Of a stretch of 64,000 nt of DNA, positions 9,168-19,323 are shown piece after piece. Made by a program: the position numbers and the translations under genes. The stretch spans positions 11,954 through 75,953 of the forward strand of contig JBBKVM010000014.1 in NCBI GenBank assembly GCA_037968415.1, written 5' to 3'. The notes beneath the pieces are model-generated. The model was not told the DNA's origin and ran no database searches. It saw nothing but the letters and a program-made list of their open reading frames with translations. Positions within the stretch are counted from its first letter, which is position 1; every line of letters begins with the position of its first letter. Source of the stretch: Bacteroidia bacterium (GTDB taxonomy: Bacteria; Bacteroidota; Bacteroidia; AKYH767-A; JBBKVM01).

Positions 9168-10013
9168 ATGATGTTGGTGGCAGACAGTGGCAGTACTAAA
9201 ACCGACTGGCGAATTGTAGACGCGCAAGGCGCCATTAGGCAATTGCGCACTTCGGGATACAATCCATATATCCTTAATCAATCAGAAATTATTGCGTTGC
9301 TGGATGCAGAGATCGACAGCAGCATAGCGCGTGAAGATGTGACCACTTTATTTTTTTATGGTTCCGGTTGTTCGGGCGAAAAATCGAATGCCATCGTGCA
9401 GGTTGCCCTTCGACATATTTTTACGAATGCAATTGTAGAAGTCTCGCATGACATGCTCGGGGCGGCCCGTTCATTGTGCGGCAGGGAACCGGGTATTGCA
9501 TCCATATTAGGCACAGGTTCTAACTCGTGTCTGTATGATGGTGAGCACATAATCGACAATATACCTTCACTTGGTTACATAGCCGGTGATGAGGGCAGTG
9601 GAGGGCATTTGGGCAGGCTTATGTTGCAAGCATTTTATTATCGCGACATGCCAACCCACATTCACGATGAGTTCAAGAAAATTGTGGGCAACAGCCGTGA
9701 AGAGGTGCTCGATTCGATTTACCGCAAATCGTTTCCCAACAAGTATTTGGCATCGTTATCGGAATTGCTCGCGCACCATGCCAAAGATGCATTTAGCATA
9801 GGAATTGTGAGCAAGGCGTTCAATTCTTTTGTACAAGGCCAGCTGATGAAGTACAAAGACAGTAGAAATTTAAAGATGCATTTTACTGGATCCATTGCAT
9901 TCCATTATGCTCCAATTCTGCAATCAGTGCTCAAAGACAATGGCTGCATGCCCGGCCACATCACACCCGATCCGATAGCCGGAATATTACTGTACCACCA
10001 GCCAATGCGCTAG
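9168..10013 (+). CDS. BadF/BadG/BcrA/BcrD-type ATPase (N-acetylglucosamine kinase-like)
   Basis: ADSGSTKTDW N-terminal phosphate-1 motif and an ILGTGSNS motif. Confidence 0.8.
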   Translation: MMLVADSGSTKTDWRIVDAQGAIRQLRTSGYNPYILNQSEIIALLDAEIDSSIAREDVTTLFFYGSGCSGEKSNAIVQVALRHIFTNAIVEVSHDMLGAARSLCGREPGIASILGTGSNSCLYDGEHIIDNIPSLGYIAGDEGSGGHLGRLMLQAFYYRDMPTHIHDEFKKIVGNSREEVLDSIYRKSFPNKYLASLSELLAHHAKDAFSIGIVSKAFNSFVQGQLMKYKDSRNLKMHFTGSIAFHYAPILQSVLKDNGCMPGHITPDPIAGILLYHQPMR

Positions 10014-11254
10014 GCCGCTATCAAGCCGCTGGCCACACGTTTGTGGTAATCGCGGATCAAAAACTGATACCACACCACGCCCAATGCATACAGCGCAGCT
10101 GTGATGTAAAAAATATCTGCGTAGCTGATGTTTTCTTCCCGCAGGTTCATGAATATTCTTGCACTGATATACCAGCTGCCCGACCACACTGCTGAGGTGA
10201 GCGCGCTCATCATTTCCTGATTGCGTTTGCCCACATAGTTCATTACCAATTCCGATGTCATAGGCCCGGCCATATTCATCAAAGGCTGACGGAACAAGTA
10301 ACACAACACCGCCAGCGGTAGCGCAATGGCCATGTGCGATATGTATTCTGTGGTGGCCAACAGTACCAGCGCTAGCACCGCCAAAGATTGAAAAAGTGTG
10401 ATCGCCACGCTGTACCCATACTTGCGCCTGATACCCGGTATGGAGATGGCAGCCACAAAAACCAGCACCGCGGCCACCGCGCCCAACATCGAAAATGTGT
10501 TGGAATCCATACCATGAATTTTAAAAAAGAACAGATTGATAAAAGGTATGGTAAGCCCTGCACCCACGGCAATAATAATAGTCGGCACCAAAGCTTTAGC
10601 TATCAACAGCCAATCGAAATTGCGCATGTCACGCCTCTTGGAGTCCATGGTTGGAACAACTTCACCACCATCAGATTTGTAGACAAAATATAAACTGATA
10701 AATCCCGCGCAGGCAAATATTTGAAGTAGCAATTTTTCATCAAACACTCCCGGTGCCCAAGTGTATAAACCATAAATCATAGAACCGCTAATGATGGTGC
10801 TGATACTCCATGTAGAGTAGTTGAGGGCGATGGCTTCGCTTTGGTTCTCTTTGCTGGCGTTGCGCATGATAAACGGGAGAATGCAAACTTGCATGAGCGT
10901 GAATGAAACACCCCACAGCGCAAGGCTTGCAAGCAAGAAGTATTCATTCTTATACTGAACTGCTTCCAACACAAGCAGTGAAAAAAACGGCAGCGCAATG
11001 CCTGAGATGTAGAACAGTGGCCGCAGTTTTCTTCCTTTAATAAACAGTCCAAGTGGAAAAGCCAGCAGCAACACACCTAAGAATCGGAATGAAACATATT
11101 CGGCAATCGCGTAATCTTTGTACCCCAACTTGCTCATGTAGATATTAAGAATCAACATGTATGAGCTGTTGATCAGCTGCAGAAAAAATTCCGCAATAAT
11201 CAACATAACAATATTTCGTTCAAGCCTTCGGTAATTTGAAATGATTGTTTTCAA
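10010..11254 (-). CDS. MFS transporter
   Basis: About 12 predicted TM segments, 414 aa. Convergent with the kinase and overlapping it by 4 nt. Confidence 0.8.
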   Translation of the reverse strand: MKTIISNYRRLERNIVMLIIAEFFLQLINSSYMLILNIYMSKLGYKDYAIAEYVSFRFLGVLLLAFPLGLFIKGRKLRPLFYISGIALPFFSLLVLEAVQYKNEYFLLASLALWGVSFTLMQVCILPFIMRNASKENQSEAIALNYSTWSISTIISGSMIYGLYTWAPGVFDEKLLLQIFACAGFISLYFVYKSDGGEVVPTMDSKRRDMRNFDWLLIAKALVPTIIIAVGAGLTIPFINLFFFKIHGMDSNTFSMLGAVAAVLVFVAAISIPGIRRKYGYSVAITLFQSLAVLALVLLATTEYISHMAIALPLAVLCYLFRQPLMNMAGPMTSELVMNYVGKRNQEMMSALTSAVWSGSWYISARIFMNLREENISYADIFYITAALYALGVVWYQFLIRDYHKRVASGLIAA

Positions 11255-11269
11255 TGCAACGGGTGGTTT

Positions 11270-12181
11270 TCAATCTGTAGATGCTGATTTTGCCTCAATG
11301 TATTCAATTACTTTCTCTGTATCATGTGCGTTAAACCAAGTGATATTGTTTTCGCGCCTTAGCCATGTCATTTGTCTTTTGGAGTAGTTGCGCGTGTGTT
11401 GCTTTATCAATTCCACAGCTGATTGTAGATTGCAATTGCCATCCAAATAATTAAATAATTCGGTGTAACCTACGGTGTGTAAAGCCTCGTGGTGCCGGTG
11501 CGGTAGCATGGACCGGGCCTCTGCTTCCAGTCCGGAAGCCATCATTTCATCTACTCGTTGGTTTATCCTTTCATACAATACCTCGCGGGGTAATTCCAAC
11601 CCTATTTTAATGATTTTGAATGGCCGGTGAGCGGATGCTGATTTTCGTTGGGCTGAGTAAGGTATTCCTGTCACCAGGCATACTTCCAGCGCGCGCAATA
11701 CGCGTTGCGGATTATGCGTGTCGGCTATGGCGTGGTAAACGGGATCCAACTGCAGCAACTTGTCGGCCATGTGTGCAAGGCCATGTGTCTCCATCTCATC
11801 ACGCAGTTTTTTTCTTAATGTTTTGTCAGCAAGAGGGAGTTTATCAAATCCATCGCATAGCGCTCGCAGGTAGAGGCCTGAGCCACCCACACAGACTACC
11901 AACTGATGTGTTTTGAACAACGTGTCTAATAAAGCCAACGCATCGTGTTCAAATTTACCTGCATTGTATGCAGTTGTTACTTCGAGGTTGTCGATAAAGT
12001 GATGGGTGATTGTAGCGCGCTGGAGTGGGGTGGGTTTGGCCGTGCCAATGTCGAGACCGACAAAAAACTGACGCGAGTCGGCCGAAATTATTTCAGTTTT
12101 GAAATGTGAAGCAATGGCAATGGCGAGGTCGGTCTTTCCTACGGCTGTGGGGCCTCCTATTACCACAAGGTGTTTATTCAC
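11270..12181 (-). CDS. miaA: tRNA dimethylallyltransferase
   Basis: GPTAVGKTDLAI P-loop and ISADSRQ motif. Confidence 0.93.
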   Translation of the reverse strand: MNKHLVVIGGPTAVGKTDLAIAIASHFKTEIISADSRQFFVGLDIGTAKPTPLQRATITHHFIDNLEVTTAYNAGKFEHDALALLDTLFKTHQLVVCVGGSGLYLRALCDGFDKLPLADKTLRKKLRDEMETHGLAHMADKLLQLDPVYHAIADTHNPQRVLRALEVCLVTGIPYSAQRKSASAHRPFKIIKIGLELPREVLYERINQRVDEMMASGLEAEARSMLPHRHHEALHTVGYTELFNYLDGNCNLQSAVELIKQHTRNYSKRQMTWLRRENNITWFNAHDTEKVIEYIEAKSASTD

Positions 12182-12228
12182 CCCTGTTAAAAGTTTTTAA
12201 AAATTCGGTTGAAATCGTGAGTAATTTC

Positions 12229-12918
12229 TTATTCGCGTTCATCAACAATACTGCTTTCGCTGTCACTGATGTTATCGACTTCCGATTCGTCAAGCACATC
12301 GCCCAATTCAACGGTCAAATCATCGGCTTCTATTTCCGCTTCTTCGACATCTTCTTCATCACCCAGCAACGCAGCTATGCCTGCTTCATCATCCAGTATC
12401 CCTTCAGTAATACTTCCAAGCGCGGCTGTGCCATATTGTTTTGGGGCAATTCCTTCACTGTTTATACAAATAGGGTACGTAATGTTTGGGTCAGCTTCAA
12501 TTATTATTTTGCGGAGCTCAATGTAGAAAGTCCAATTAGCATTATAATCAAACACATAATATAACTTTTGATGCGGATCGATGATAAATGAAAACATTTT
12601 AGTTTCACGCATGGCCAGCGGAGTAGGGGGTTCAGCTACTTTGGCCCTGTCATCGTCACGCAAAACAGGCTGTTCAGGTTTTTTAACTTTATCAATCACC
12701 AAGGCAATCTCTTGACCTTTTTTCCAGTGGTCATCACTCATGAAAAAAGAGGCCGGATGGGCTGAGTCAAAATTAATACTTTGTTGAATTGCGTTATGGA
12801 AATCTTCAAAAGTTTGATTTGACTTTATATCAATTGTTCGCACAATTTCGTCATGATCTTCAAACACAACTCTAAAACGGTAAACTGATGGCATAATTTG
12901 TTTATTAGAAGTATGCAA
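12229..12918 (-). CDS. Hypothetical protein, possibly of the plasmid pRiA4b ORF-3-like family, with a strongly acidic C-terminal tail
   Basis: N-terminal VYRFRVVFEDHDEIVRTIDIKSNQTFEDFHNAIQQSINFDSAHPASFF resembles the PRiA4_ORF3 pattern. The last ~60 aa are about 50% D/E. Confidence 0.55.
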   Translation of the reverse strand: MHTSNKQIMPSVYRFRVVFEDHDEIVRTIDIKSNQTFEDFHNAIQQSINFDSAHPASFFMSDDHWKKGQEIALVIDKVKKPEQPVLRDDDRAKVAEPPTPLAMRETKMFSFIIDPHQKLYYVFDYNANWTFYIELRKIIIEADPNITYPICINSEGIAPKQYGTAALGSITEGILDDEAGIAALLGDEEDVEEAEIEADDLTVELGDVLDESEVDNISDSESSIVDERE

Positions 12919-12959
12919 GTAAAAATAGAAAACTTTTAAAACACCATCAAACGGTGAAA

Positions 12960-14372
12960 TTATTTTTGAACTATCGTCAAGCCCATTTTGGAGGCCATTT
13001 TCAGCATAAAAGCATGCGCCTCTTCGTGGCTGTTGTTTATTTTACCATCCAGTATCGCATCACGAATGGCGTTTTTTATTTCGCCCACTTCGCGACAAGG
13101 TTGCAATCCAAATGTGAACATTATTTCTTCACCCGTTACTGGTGGTTGCCAGTTGCGTACTTTGTCTTTTTCTTCTACTTCAATTAGCTTTTGTTTCACC
13201 ACTTCAAAGTTTTTCATGTAGCGCTTTACCCGCGTTTCGTTTTTTGAAGTGATGTCGGCATGGCAAAGCACCATCAAATCGTCAATGCAATCGCCTGCAT
13301 CAAACAATAGCCTGCGCACAGCCGAGTCGGTCACATTGCTTTGGGCAAGTACGATGGGGCGTAAATGAAGTAATACGAGTTTCTGTACGTACTTCATTTT
13401 TTCATTCATAGGCAACTTTAACTTGCGGAAAATGTGTGGCACCATCCGGGCACCTTTATCTTCATGTCCATGAAAGGTCCACCCGGTCACAGGGTCAAAG
13501 CGTTTGGTTGGAGGCTTGGCAATGTCGTGCAATATAGCCGCCCACCGCAGCCACAAGTCATCCGTTTCCTTGGCAATATTATCCAGTACTTCGAGGGTGT
13601 GGTAGAAATTGTCTTTGTGGCCTTTGTTGTCTATGTATTCTACACCGTGCAGCGCGGTGAACTCCGGAAATATGATGTGTAGTAAACCGCTATCGAAGAG
13701 TAACTTAAAACCCACTGAGGGTTTTTTTGCAAGAATAATCTTATTCACTTCATCAATGATGCGTTCGGCCGACACAATTTTAATTCGTTCTTTGTTATTT
13801 GTGATCGCTTCAAATGCTTCGGTTGTAATGGTAAAATCGAGTTGGGTGGCAAATCGCACAGCGCGGATCATGCGCAGCGGATCGTCAGAAAAAGTGATAA
13901 CAGGATCGAGAGGTGTGCGGATGATTTTGTTTTCAATATCGTTGATACCACCAAAAGGGTCTATTAACTCGCCCAAAGTGGCCTCGCTAAGGCTCAGCGC
14001 CATCGCATTGATGGTAAAGTCGCGTCTGTTTTGGTCATCTTCGAGGGTGCCGTTTGCTACAATGGGCTTCCGGGAATCTTCGCTATAAGATTCCTTACGT
14101 GCACCCACAAATTCTATTTCCATATCGCGGTGCCGCAACATGGCGGTGCCAAAATTCTTGAATACAGTCACGCGTGTGTTTTTGCCAATGCGCTTGGCCA
14201 CAGCGTTTGCAAGAGCTATTCCGTTGCCGGCAACTACTACATCTATGTCTTTGCTGGGACGCGATAAAATAATGTCACGCACAAAACCACCTATCACGTA
14301 GGCTTGCACACCCAGCGAATCTGCTGCATGGGCAATAATTTTAAATACGGGATGAGAAAGGTGCTGTTTCAA
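12960..14372 (-). CDS. CCA-adding enzyme / tRNA nucleotidyltransferase with HD domain
   Basis: GGFVRDIIL...DIDV polymerase-beta motif, [10 protein letters not shown] and a C-terminal HD region. Confidence 0.88.
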   Translation of the reverse strand: MKQHLSHPVFKIIAHAADSLGVQAYVIGGFVRDIILSRPSKDIDVVVAGNGIALANAVAKRIGKNTRVTVFKNFGTAMLRHRDMEIEFVGARKESYSEDSRKPIVANGTLEDDQNRRDFTINAMALSLSEATLGELIDPFGGINDIENKIIRTPLDPVITFSDDPLRMIRAVRFATQLDFTITTEAFEAITNNKERIKIVSAERIIDEVNKIILAKKPSVGFKLLFDSGLLHIIFPEFTALHGVEYIDNKGHKDNFYHTLEVLDNIAKETDDLWLRWAAILHDIAKPPTKRFDPVTGWTFHGHEDKGARMVPHIFRKLKLPMNEKMKYVQKLVLLHLRPIVLAQSNVTDSAVRRLLFDAGDCIDDLMVLCHADITSKNETRVKRYMKNFEVVKQKLIEVEEKDKVRNWQPPVTGEEIMFTFGLQPCREVGEIKNAIRDAILDGKINNSHEEAHAFMLKMASKMGLTIVQK

Positions 14373-14447
14373 ACGAAAAGTAATTCAGTACTGCGCTGCA
14401 AAATTATAATTTCTGCTTAACTCTTTGCGGTTGGTAGTTTTCGGTTG

Positions 14448-15386
14448 TTACCACTTTTTCTTTTCTGCAGGGTCTTTACGCTTTAGGGTGAACACACGCG
14501 AAATATTAAATCCAAAATGGATGTCTCCATTGGTGATGTCACCGGTTGTTTCGGTGATAAACATCTTTTCAATCATGGCACGCGAGTTACTCACATGCAA
14601 TTGGAAAACGTGTCCTCCGGTTTCGATATCGATACCAAGGGATGCCGAATTGAAAACTTCTTTGGTCACCACTTGATCGGGCAGGAGGTAAAAATACTCA
14701 CCATTGATGGTGATGCTCTTTGTAATCTTTTGTCTAAAACCAGCCCCCATTGCATAGATGTCGTTTTTGTCGAGCGTGGTGGGCACCAGATTGTGGTGAA
14801 CGTATGTAGGAGTAAGTTGTAGCGATAAGCCATCATTTATTTTGCGTGCTAGCAATAGCTGATGCGTATAAGACAAACGTGAAGAGAAAAAGTTTTCGCG
14901 CTCGGGTTCGGCCCAACGAAGAGAATTAAGCGCCACGCTGGTAAAATATACCAGACTTACAGGCATTTTTCTGCCACCAGTGCTCTGTCTAAGCAGTTTG
15001 TATTTGCCAAAACCGTCAAATGTTTTTTCGAATGTACTTCGGCCTACGCCCACTGTAAGTCTGTCTAACACGCCATATTCAAATCCCAAGCGCATAGTGG
15101 CCTGGTCGAGACCAAAAAATTCGTAGGGCCCAGCGTTGAGCCTGCCAAATCTGTGGCCAATTAAAAATTGCAATACACCAGCAGCTGGTAACTCTATGGA
15201 GTGGCCGGTAACAATGCGGGTGGTTTTAAAAGTTGCAGTGGTGTAATTAATTTCCGTACTGTCTTCTGTGGCATCCTGCAGCATATTCATCAAATCGTCC
15301 TGCGCCTGTGTTAATTGGGGAATGATACTCAGTGCTCCGATCAAACACACCAATGAAATCCATTTTGCAAGTATTCTTTTATTCAT
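14448..15386 (-). CDS. Secreted/outer-membrane hypothetical protein (DUF5777-like, recalled from memory)
   Basis: Signal peptide and beta-rich sequence. Immediately downstream of YceI on the same strand. Confidence 0.5.
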   Translation of the reverse strand: MNKRILAKWISLVCLIGALSIIPQLTQAQDDLMNMLQDATEDSTEINYTTATFKTTRIVTGHSIELPAAGVLQFLIGHRFGRLNAGPYEFFGLDQATMRLGFEYGVLDRLTVGVGRSTFEKTFDGFGKYKLLRQSTGGRKMPVSLVYFTSVALNSLRWAEPERENFFSSRLSYTHQLLLARKINDGLSLQLTPTYVHHNLVPTTLDKNDIYAMGAGFRQKITKSITINGEYFYLLPDQVVTKEVFNSASLGIDIETGGHVFQLHVSNSRAMIEKMFITETTGDITNGDIHFGFNISRVFTLKRKDPAEKKKW

Positions 15387-15408
15387 TCTTATAATTTATT
15401 GAGACTGA

Positions 15409-15972
15409 TTATTTATTGATGAGTTCATATTTCATCACTACCGAAACTTCCACTTGCCTTGCAATATTGTCGCGTACGATGCGAGGCACCGTGATCTGAT
15501 AATCCTGCACTACTACCGGGAATGAAGCTGTTGCGCTCACTTGCCCACCAGCCACTGTGATGGTGGCTTTTACTATTTGTTGGTGTATCACTCCATGTAT
15601 GGTCAGATCGCCTAGCACGGTTGCATCATATTTGCCATCTTTTAGGAAATTGATGTCTTGCAGATTGGTAATCCTGCCTGTAAATGAAGCGGTGGGATAC
15701 TTATCCGACTCCATGTATTTTTCATTGAAGTGCTCCTGCATTGCAGCCCGTTCAAAATAAAAACTTTTTATCGTGGCTATCACACGCATCTCTCCTGTTT
15801 TTTTATCAATGATGCTTGCCACCTGACGATTGGTTGCTTCAATATTTTCGAGTGGAGCCTCCGATACAAATTTGATGGTGCCTGTGCGAGTGAATAACTT
15901 ATCCTGCGCCATGGCTTGTAAGCACATGCCGGTGAGAAAAAGCGTAAAAAATATTTTCAGATTTATGCCCAT
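15409..15972 (-). CDS. YceI-family periplasmic polyisoprenoid-binding protein
   Basis: Signal peptide, about 187 aa, lipocalin-like YceI pattern (GTIKFVSEAPLENIEATN…TITVAG). Confidence 0.85.
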   Translation of the reverse strand: MGINLKIFFTLFLTGMCLQAMAQDKLFTRTGTIKFVSEAPLENIEATNRQVASIIDKKTGEMRVIATIKSFYFERAAMQEHFNEKYMESDKYPTASFTGRITNLQDINFLKDGKYDATVLGDLTIHGVIHQQIVKATITVAGGQVSATASFPVVVQDYQITVPRIVRDNIARQVEVSVVMKYELINK

Positions 15973-15973
15973 T

Positions 15974-16384
15974 TTAGTTTTCCGGGGCTCCTTTTGCTAC
16001 CCATGTACTGATTAGTTGAAGCTCGCACGCACTCAATGGCGATTGGCTTGGGGGTGGCATGTTTTTTAAATCAATGACCCTGTTTTTAAAAGTGCCATCA
16101 TCTATTTTGGCTTTTACCTGTGCATAAGTGGTAAGCAGGGGGTTGGCCGCGCCATTGCCATGACACCCTGATATTGCGCAATTTGTATCTATTAGAAGTT
16201 TAATTTTTCCATTATATACATTGGCCGTAGTGTCGCAAGCTGGACCTGGTCCATACAATTCTTCTTCGTTATCATAATAGCATCCTTGCAGCATTGCAGT
16301 AACCAAAAACACAAAGAATACTTGTCCGAAGCCTACGAGAAATTGATGATGAGAAGAAATATTTTTGAAAGTACGGATTGTCAT
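15974..16384 (-). CDS. Lipoprotein with planctomycete-type cytochrome-c-like (PSCyt1-like) signature and a CAISGCHG motif
   Basis: Lipobox AMLQGC. C-terminus has …CAISGCHG…KNMPPPSQSPLS…ISTWVAKGA, matching the MPPP / W..GA hallmark of PSCyt1 domains. Start chosen at MTIRTF rather than the longer ORF. Confidence 0.55.
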   Translation of the reverse strand: MTIRTFKNISSHHQFLVGFGQVFFVFLVTAMLQGCYYDNEEELYGPGPACDTTANVYNGKIKLLIDTNCAISGCHGNGAANPLLTTYAQVKAKIDDGTFKNRVIDLKNMPPPSQSPLSACELQLISTWVAKGAPEN

Positions 16385-16538
16385 AAAGTGAATTTCAGAT
16401 TTAAAAAGGTGTCTTCTCAAATTTAATCAATTTATCTGTGTTGCTACATGTATTTGGAATTAACATTCCAGCCAAAGTGTTGACAGCGCACATCATTTTG
16501 TGAAATATTGGCATAAATTTACAGGCTAATCTATTGCT

Positions 16539-16970
16539 ATGAAAAAGACGTTTGTGATTCTGTTTGTGCTGGTCATTGTAATTGCATCAGTGGCCGGATA
16601 TTTTATGTACACCCGTTCGCACGATAATCTTGCAAGTGCCAAGCCTGATTTTGAGTTGAGCGCTGGCGAATTGCTGGAGGAGTTTGCAACTAACCAGGAT
16701 GCGGCCAACGCACGCTATCTCAATAAAGTGATTGAGGTGCGCGGAGTGGTGGATGATGTGATGGAGGATCAAAGTATGATCACGGTCCGCATTGTGGAAC
16801 CCGGTGATTACAATGGAGTAAGCGCCCAGTTTATAGAGCAGAACAAAGCGGATGCAGTAATTGCGCCTAATGGAAGCGATATAAAAGTGAGAGGGCTGTG
16901 CAGTGGCTATACGGGCGATGACATGATGCCCGGTGATGTAGTTCTGACAAATGCAGTAATTATTCCCTGA
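16539..16970 (+). CDS. Membrane-anchored OB-fold protein (tRNA_anti-like family)
   Basis: N-terminal TM helix followed by an OB-fold pattern (…AANARYLNKVIEVRGVVDDV…). Confidence 0.55.
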   Translation: MKKTFVILFVLVIVIASVAGYFMYTRSHDNLASAKPDFELSAGELLEEFATNQDAANARYLNKVIEVRGVVDDVMEDQSMITVRIVEPGDYNGVSAQFIEQNKADAVIAPNGSDIKVRGLCSGYTGDDMMPGDVVLTNAVIIP

Positions 16971-17972
16971 TTACAAAGGGATAGTAGCCAGCAGCGATTC
17001 AGTTTTTAATTGAACTGCACAATTGAAATGACCCAGGGGACATTTGTTAAATCCATGCAGCCCACAAGGCTTGCACGCGGGCCGGGGCATCGACTCTATC
17101 ACAAATTTTTTGGTGGACAATGGTCCAAAACCAAATTCAGGTATGGTGCTGCAATACACCGCTGTTACGGGTGCATCTATTGCTGAGGCCATATGCAGCG
17201 GGGCTGAATCATTAACATAATTCATCGCTGCATTTTTCATGAGAGCTGCAGATTGCAGCAAGCTGAGTTTGCTCGCCAAATTGTGTACGTCCTGTCGTGT
17301 TACATTTTCTTTGATCTGGTCACAGGCCACATTATCGGCCTTGCTGCCCAACAGGTACACAACATATTTTTCAGGAATGCTGCTGATAAACTTTTGCCAT
17401 TGCGCTGCGGGCAACTGCTTGGAAAACCATACAGAAGTTGGCGCAATGCATATGTAGGGGCTTGATTGCAAGTCGGCCACCGAAGCCACATCTTTGGCAG
17501 AAGGATATAACCGGGGAAGGGCAGAGGCAGGGTTTCCCAAATGAGCTATCAGTTGTAGGTTGCGTTCAGTTTCGTGTACAGCAGGCTCGCCCGTGGCCGC
17601 CACATAGTGGGGTACGCGTACATCGAAAAATCGCGACATCGGATTTTTATCAAAACCTATCCTGTTTTTGGAGCCAGACAAAGCTGTGAGCAGGCCCGTA
17701 GCAACAAACCGCTGCAAATTGATTACATAATCATATTGGTTGCGCCTAACGTTTTTTATCAACTTCATCAGTCCCGCGTACTTGTTGTGACTTTTGTCCC
17801 AAACTATCACGTTTCGTATAAACGGATGATCCTTAAATAACGACTCATTGCCTTTGCGCACCAGCACATCCAGCGCTGCATCCGGAAAATCGCGATGCAG
17901 TTTTTCCAGCACAGCTGTGGCAAGTATGGCATCGCCAATAAATGCTGTTTGTATGATCAGAAACGATTGCAT
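16971..17972 (-). CDS. Glycosyltransferase family 9 (LPS heptosyltransferase-like)
   Basis: About 333 aa with the GT9 pattern (LIIQTAFIGDAILATA…GNDSAPLHMASA). Confidence 0.85.
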   Translation of the reverse strand: MQSFLIIQTAFIGDAILATAVLEKLHRDFPDAALDVLVRKGNESLFKDHPFIRNVIVWDKSHNKYAGLMKLIKNVRRNQYDYVINLQRFVATGLLTALSGSKNRIGFDKNPMSRFFDVRVPHYVAATGEPAVHETERNLQLIAHLGNPASALPRLYPSAKDVASVADLQSSPYICIAPTSVWFSKQLPAAQWQKFISSIPEKYVVYLLGSKADNVACDQIKENVTRQDVHNLASKLSLLQSAALMKNAAMNYVNDSAPLHMASAIDAPVTAVYCSTIPEFGFGPLSTKKFVIESMPRPACKPCGLHGFNKCPLGHFNCAVQLKTESLLATIPL

Positions 17973-17976
17973 GCTT

Positions 17977-18792
17977 TTACACAGCTACGTTGTGTTCGCG
18001 CAGTGCATCGTTAAGCGAAGTCTTCATGTCAGTTGATGCCTTACGCTCGCCTATTATCAGTGCGCACGGCACTTGGTATTCACCGGCAGGAAATTTTTTG
18101 GCATAGGTTCCTGGAATTACCACAGAGCGCGAAGGCACATACCCTCGATATTCCTTCGGTTCGGAACCACTCACATCTATCACTCGGGTCGATTGTGTAA
18201 GCACCACATTGGCGCCCAAAACGGCTTCGCGCTCTACGCGAACGCCTTCTACTACAATACAGCGCGAGCCAATAAAACAATTGTCCTCTATAATAACTGG
18301 TGCAGCTTGCACAGGTTCCAGCACACCGCCTATGCCCACGCCACCACTCAGGTGCACGTGTTTACCAATCTGCGCGCATGATCCCACTGTAGCCCACGTG
18401 TCTATCATGGTGCCTTCGTCCACATAAGCTCCTATATTTACGTAACCGGGCATCAGTATCACTCCTTTAGCAAGATAGGAGCCATGGCGCGCCAGCCCGT
18501 GGGGCACCACGCGCACTCCCAATGCAGCAAGATTTTTCTTTAGTGGTATTTTATCATGAAACTCAAATGGGCCCACCTCAATGGTCTTCATTTCCATAAT
18601 GGGAAAATAAAGAATTACCGCTTTTTTTACCCAGTCGTTTACCTTCCACCCATCAGTCTTGGGCTCAGCCACGCGAAGTGTGCCTTTATCCAGTTGTTCA
18701 ACAACTGATTGTATGGCCTCGCGCGAGGCGGGTTGCGCCAGCAGCGATCGGTCCTCCCAAATTTTTTCGATCGTATTTTTTAATTCTTCCAT
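17977..18792 (-). CDS. dapD: 2,3,4,5-tetrahydropyridine-2,6-dicarboxylate N-succinyltransferase
   Basis: Left-handed beta-helix hexapeptide repeats. Start chosen at MEELKNTIEKIW; the longer ORF start is probably upstream read-through. Confidence 0.88.
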   Translation of the reverse strand: MEELKNTIEKIWEDRSLLAQPASREAIQSVVEQLDKGTLRVAEPKTDGWKVNDWVKKAVILYFPIMEMKTIEVGPFEFHDKIPLKKNLAALGVRVVPHGLARHGSYLAKGVILMPGYVNIGAYVDEGTMIDTWATVGSCAQIGKHVHLSGGVGIGGVLEPVQAAPVIIEDNCFIGSRCIVVEGVRVEREAVLGANVVLTQSTRVIDVSGSEPKEYRGYVPSRSVVIPGTYAKKFPAGEYQVPCALIIGERKASTDMKTSLNDALREHNVAV

Positions 18793-18890
18793 AGTGTATG
18801 CAAAGTAAATAAAATAGTGTGAGCCACTGGGCGCATGCCCCACGGGTGAACAGCCCGCGGTTATTATTGTTTATATTTGCACACTGAAAA

Positions 18891-19313
18891 ATGGCAAGAA
18901 TAGTGGCAATAGATTATGGCACCAAGCGCGTGGGCCTCGCAGTGACAGACAACCTGCAGATAATTGCGCGTGGGCTCACCACAGTGCCGGGAGCCAAGGT
19001 GATGGACTACCTCAAAAATTATTGCCTTAAAGAAGAAGTAGAATGTTTTGTGGTGGGCTTGCCGCGTGGGCTTAATGCGGCCGGCACACAAGCCTCTGCA
19101 GGAGCCGATAATTTTTGCAAACAGCTTGCAAAAATATTTCCTCAACTGCCCATTCATAGGGTAGATGAAAGATTTACATCTAAAATGGCAGCTGCCACCA
19201 TGTTGGCCTCAGGATTAAAGAAAATGGCCCGCAGAAACAAAGAATTAATTGATGAAATAAGTGCCACCATCATACTGCAATCATTTATGGAGCAGCGTGA
19301 TGCTAGGGCATAA
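18891..19313 (+). CDS. ruvX: Holliday-junction resolvase-like RuvX/YqgF
   Basis: IVAIDYGTKRVGLAV N-terminal RNase H-like motif, 140 aa. Confidence 0.9.
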   Translation: MARIVAIDYGTKRVGLAVTDNLQIIARGLTTVPGAKVMDYLKNYCLKEEVECFVVGLPRGLNAAGTQASAGADNFCKQLAKIFPQLPIHRVDERFTSKMAAATMLASGLKKMARRNKELIDEISATIILQSFMEQRDARA

Positions 19314-19323
19314 TAATTGGAAA

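Noticed and set aside
13609-14088. 159-aa plus-strand ORF
   Set aside because: Fully inside, and antisense to, the CCA-adding enzyme gene. It has no conserved motifs.
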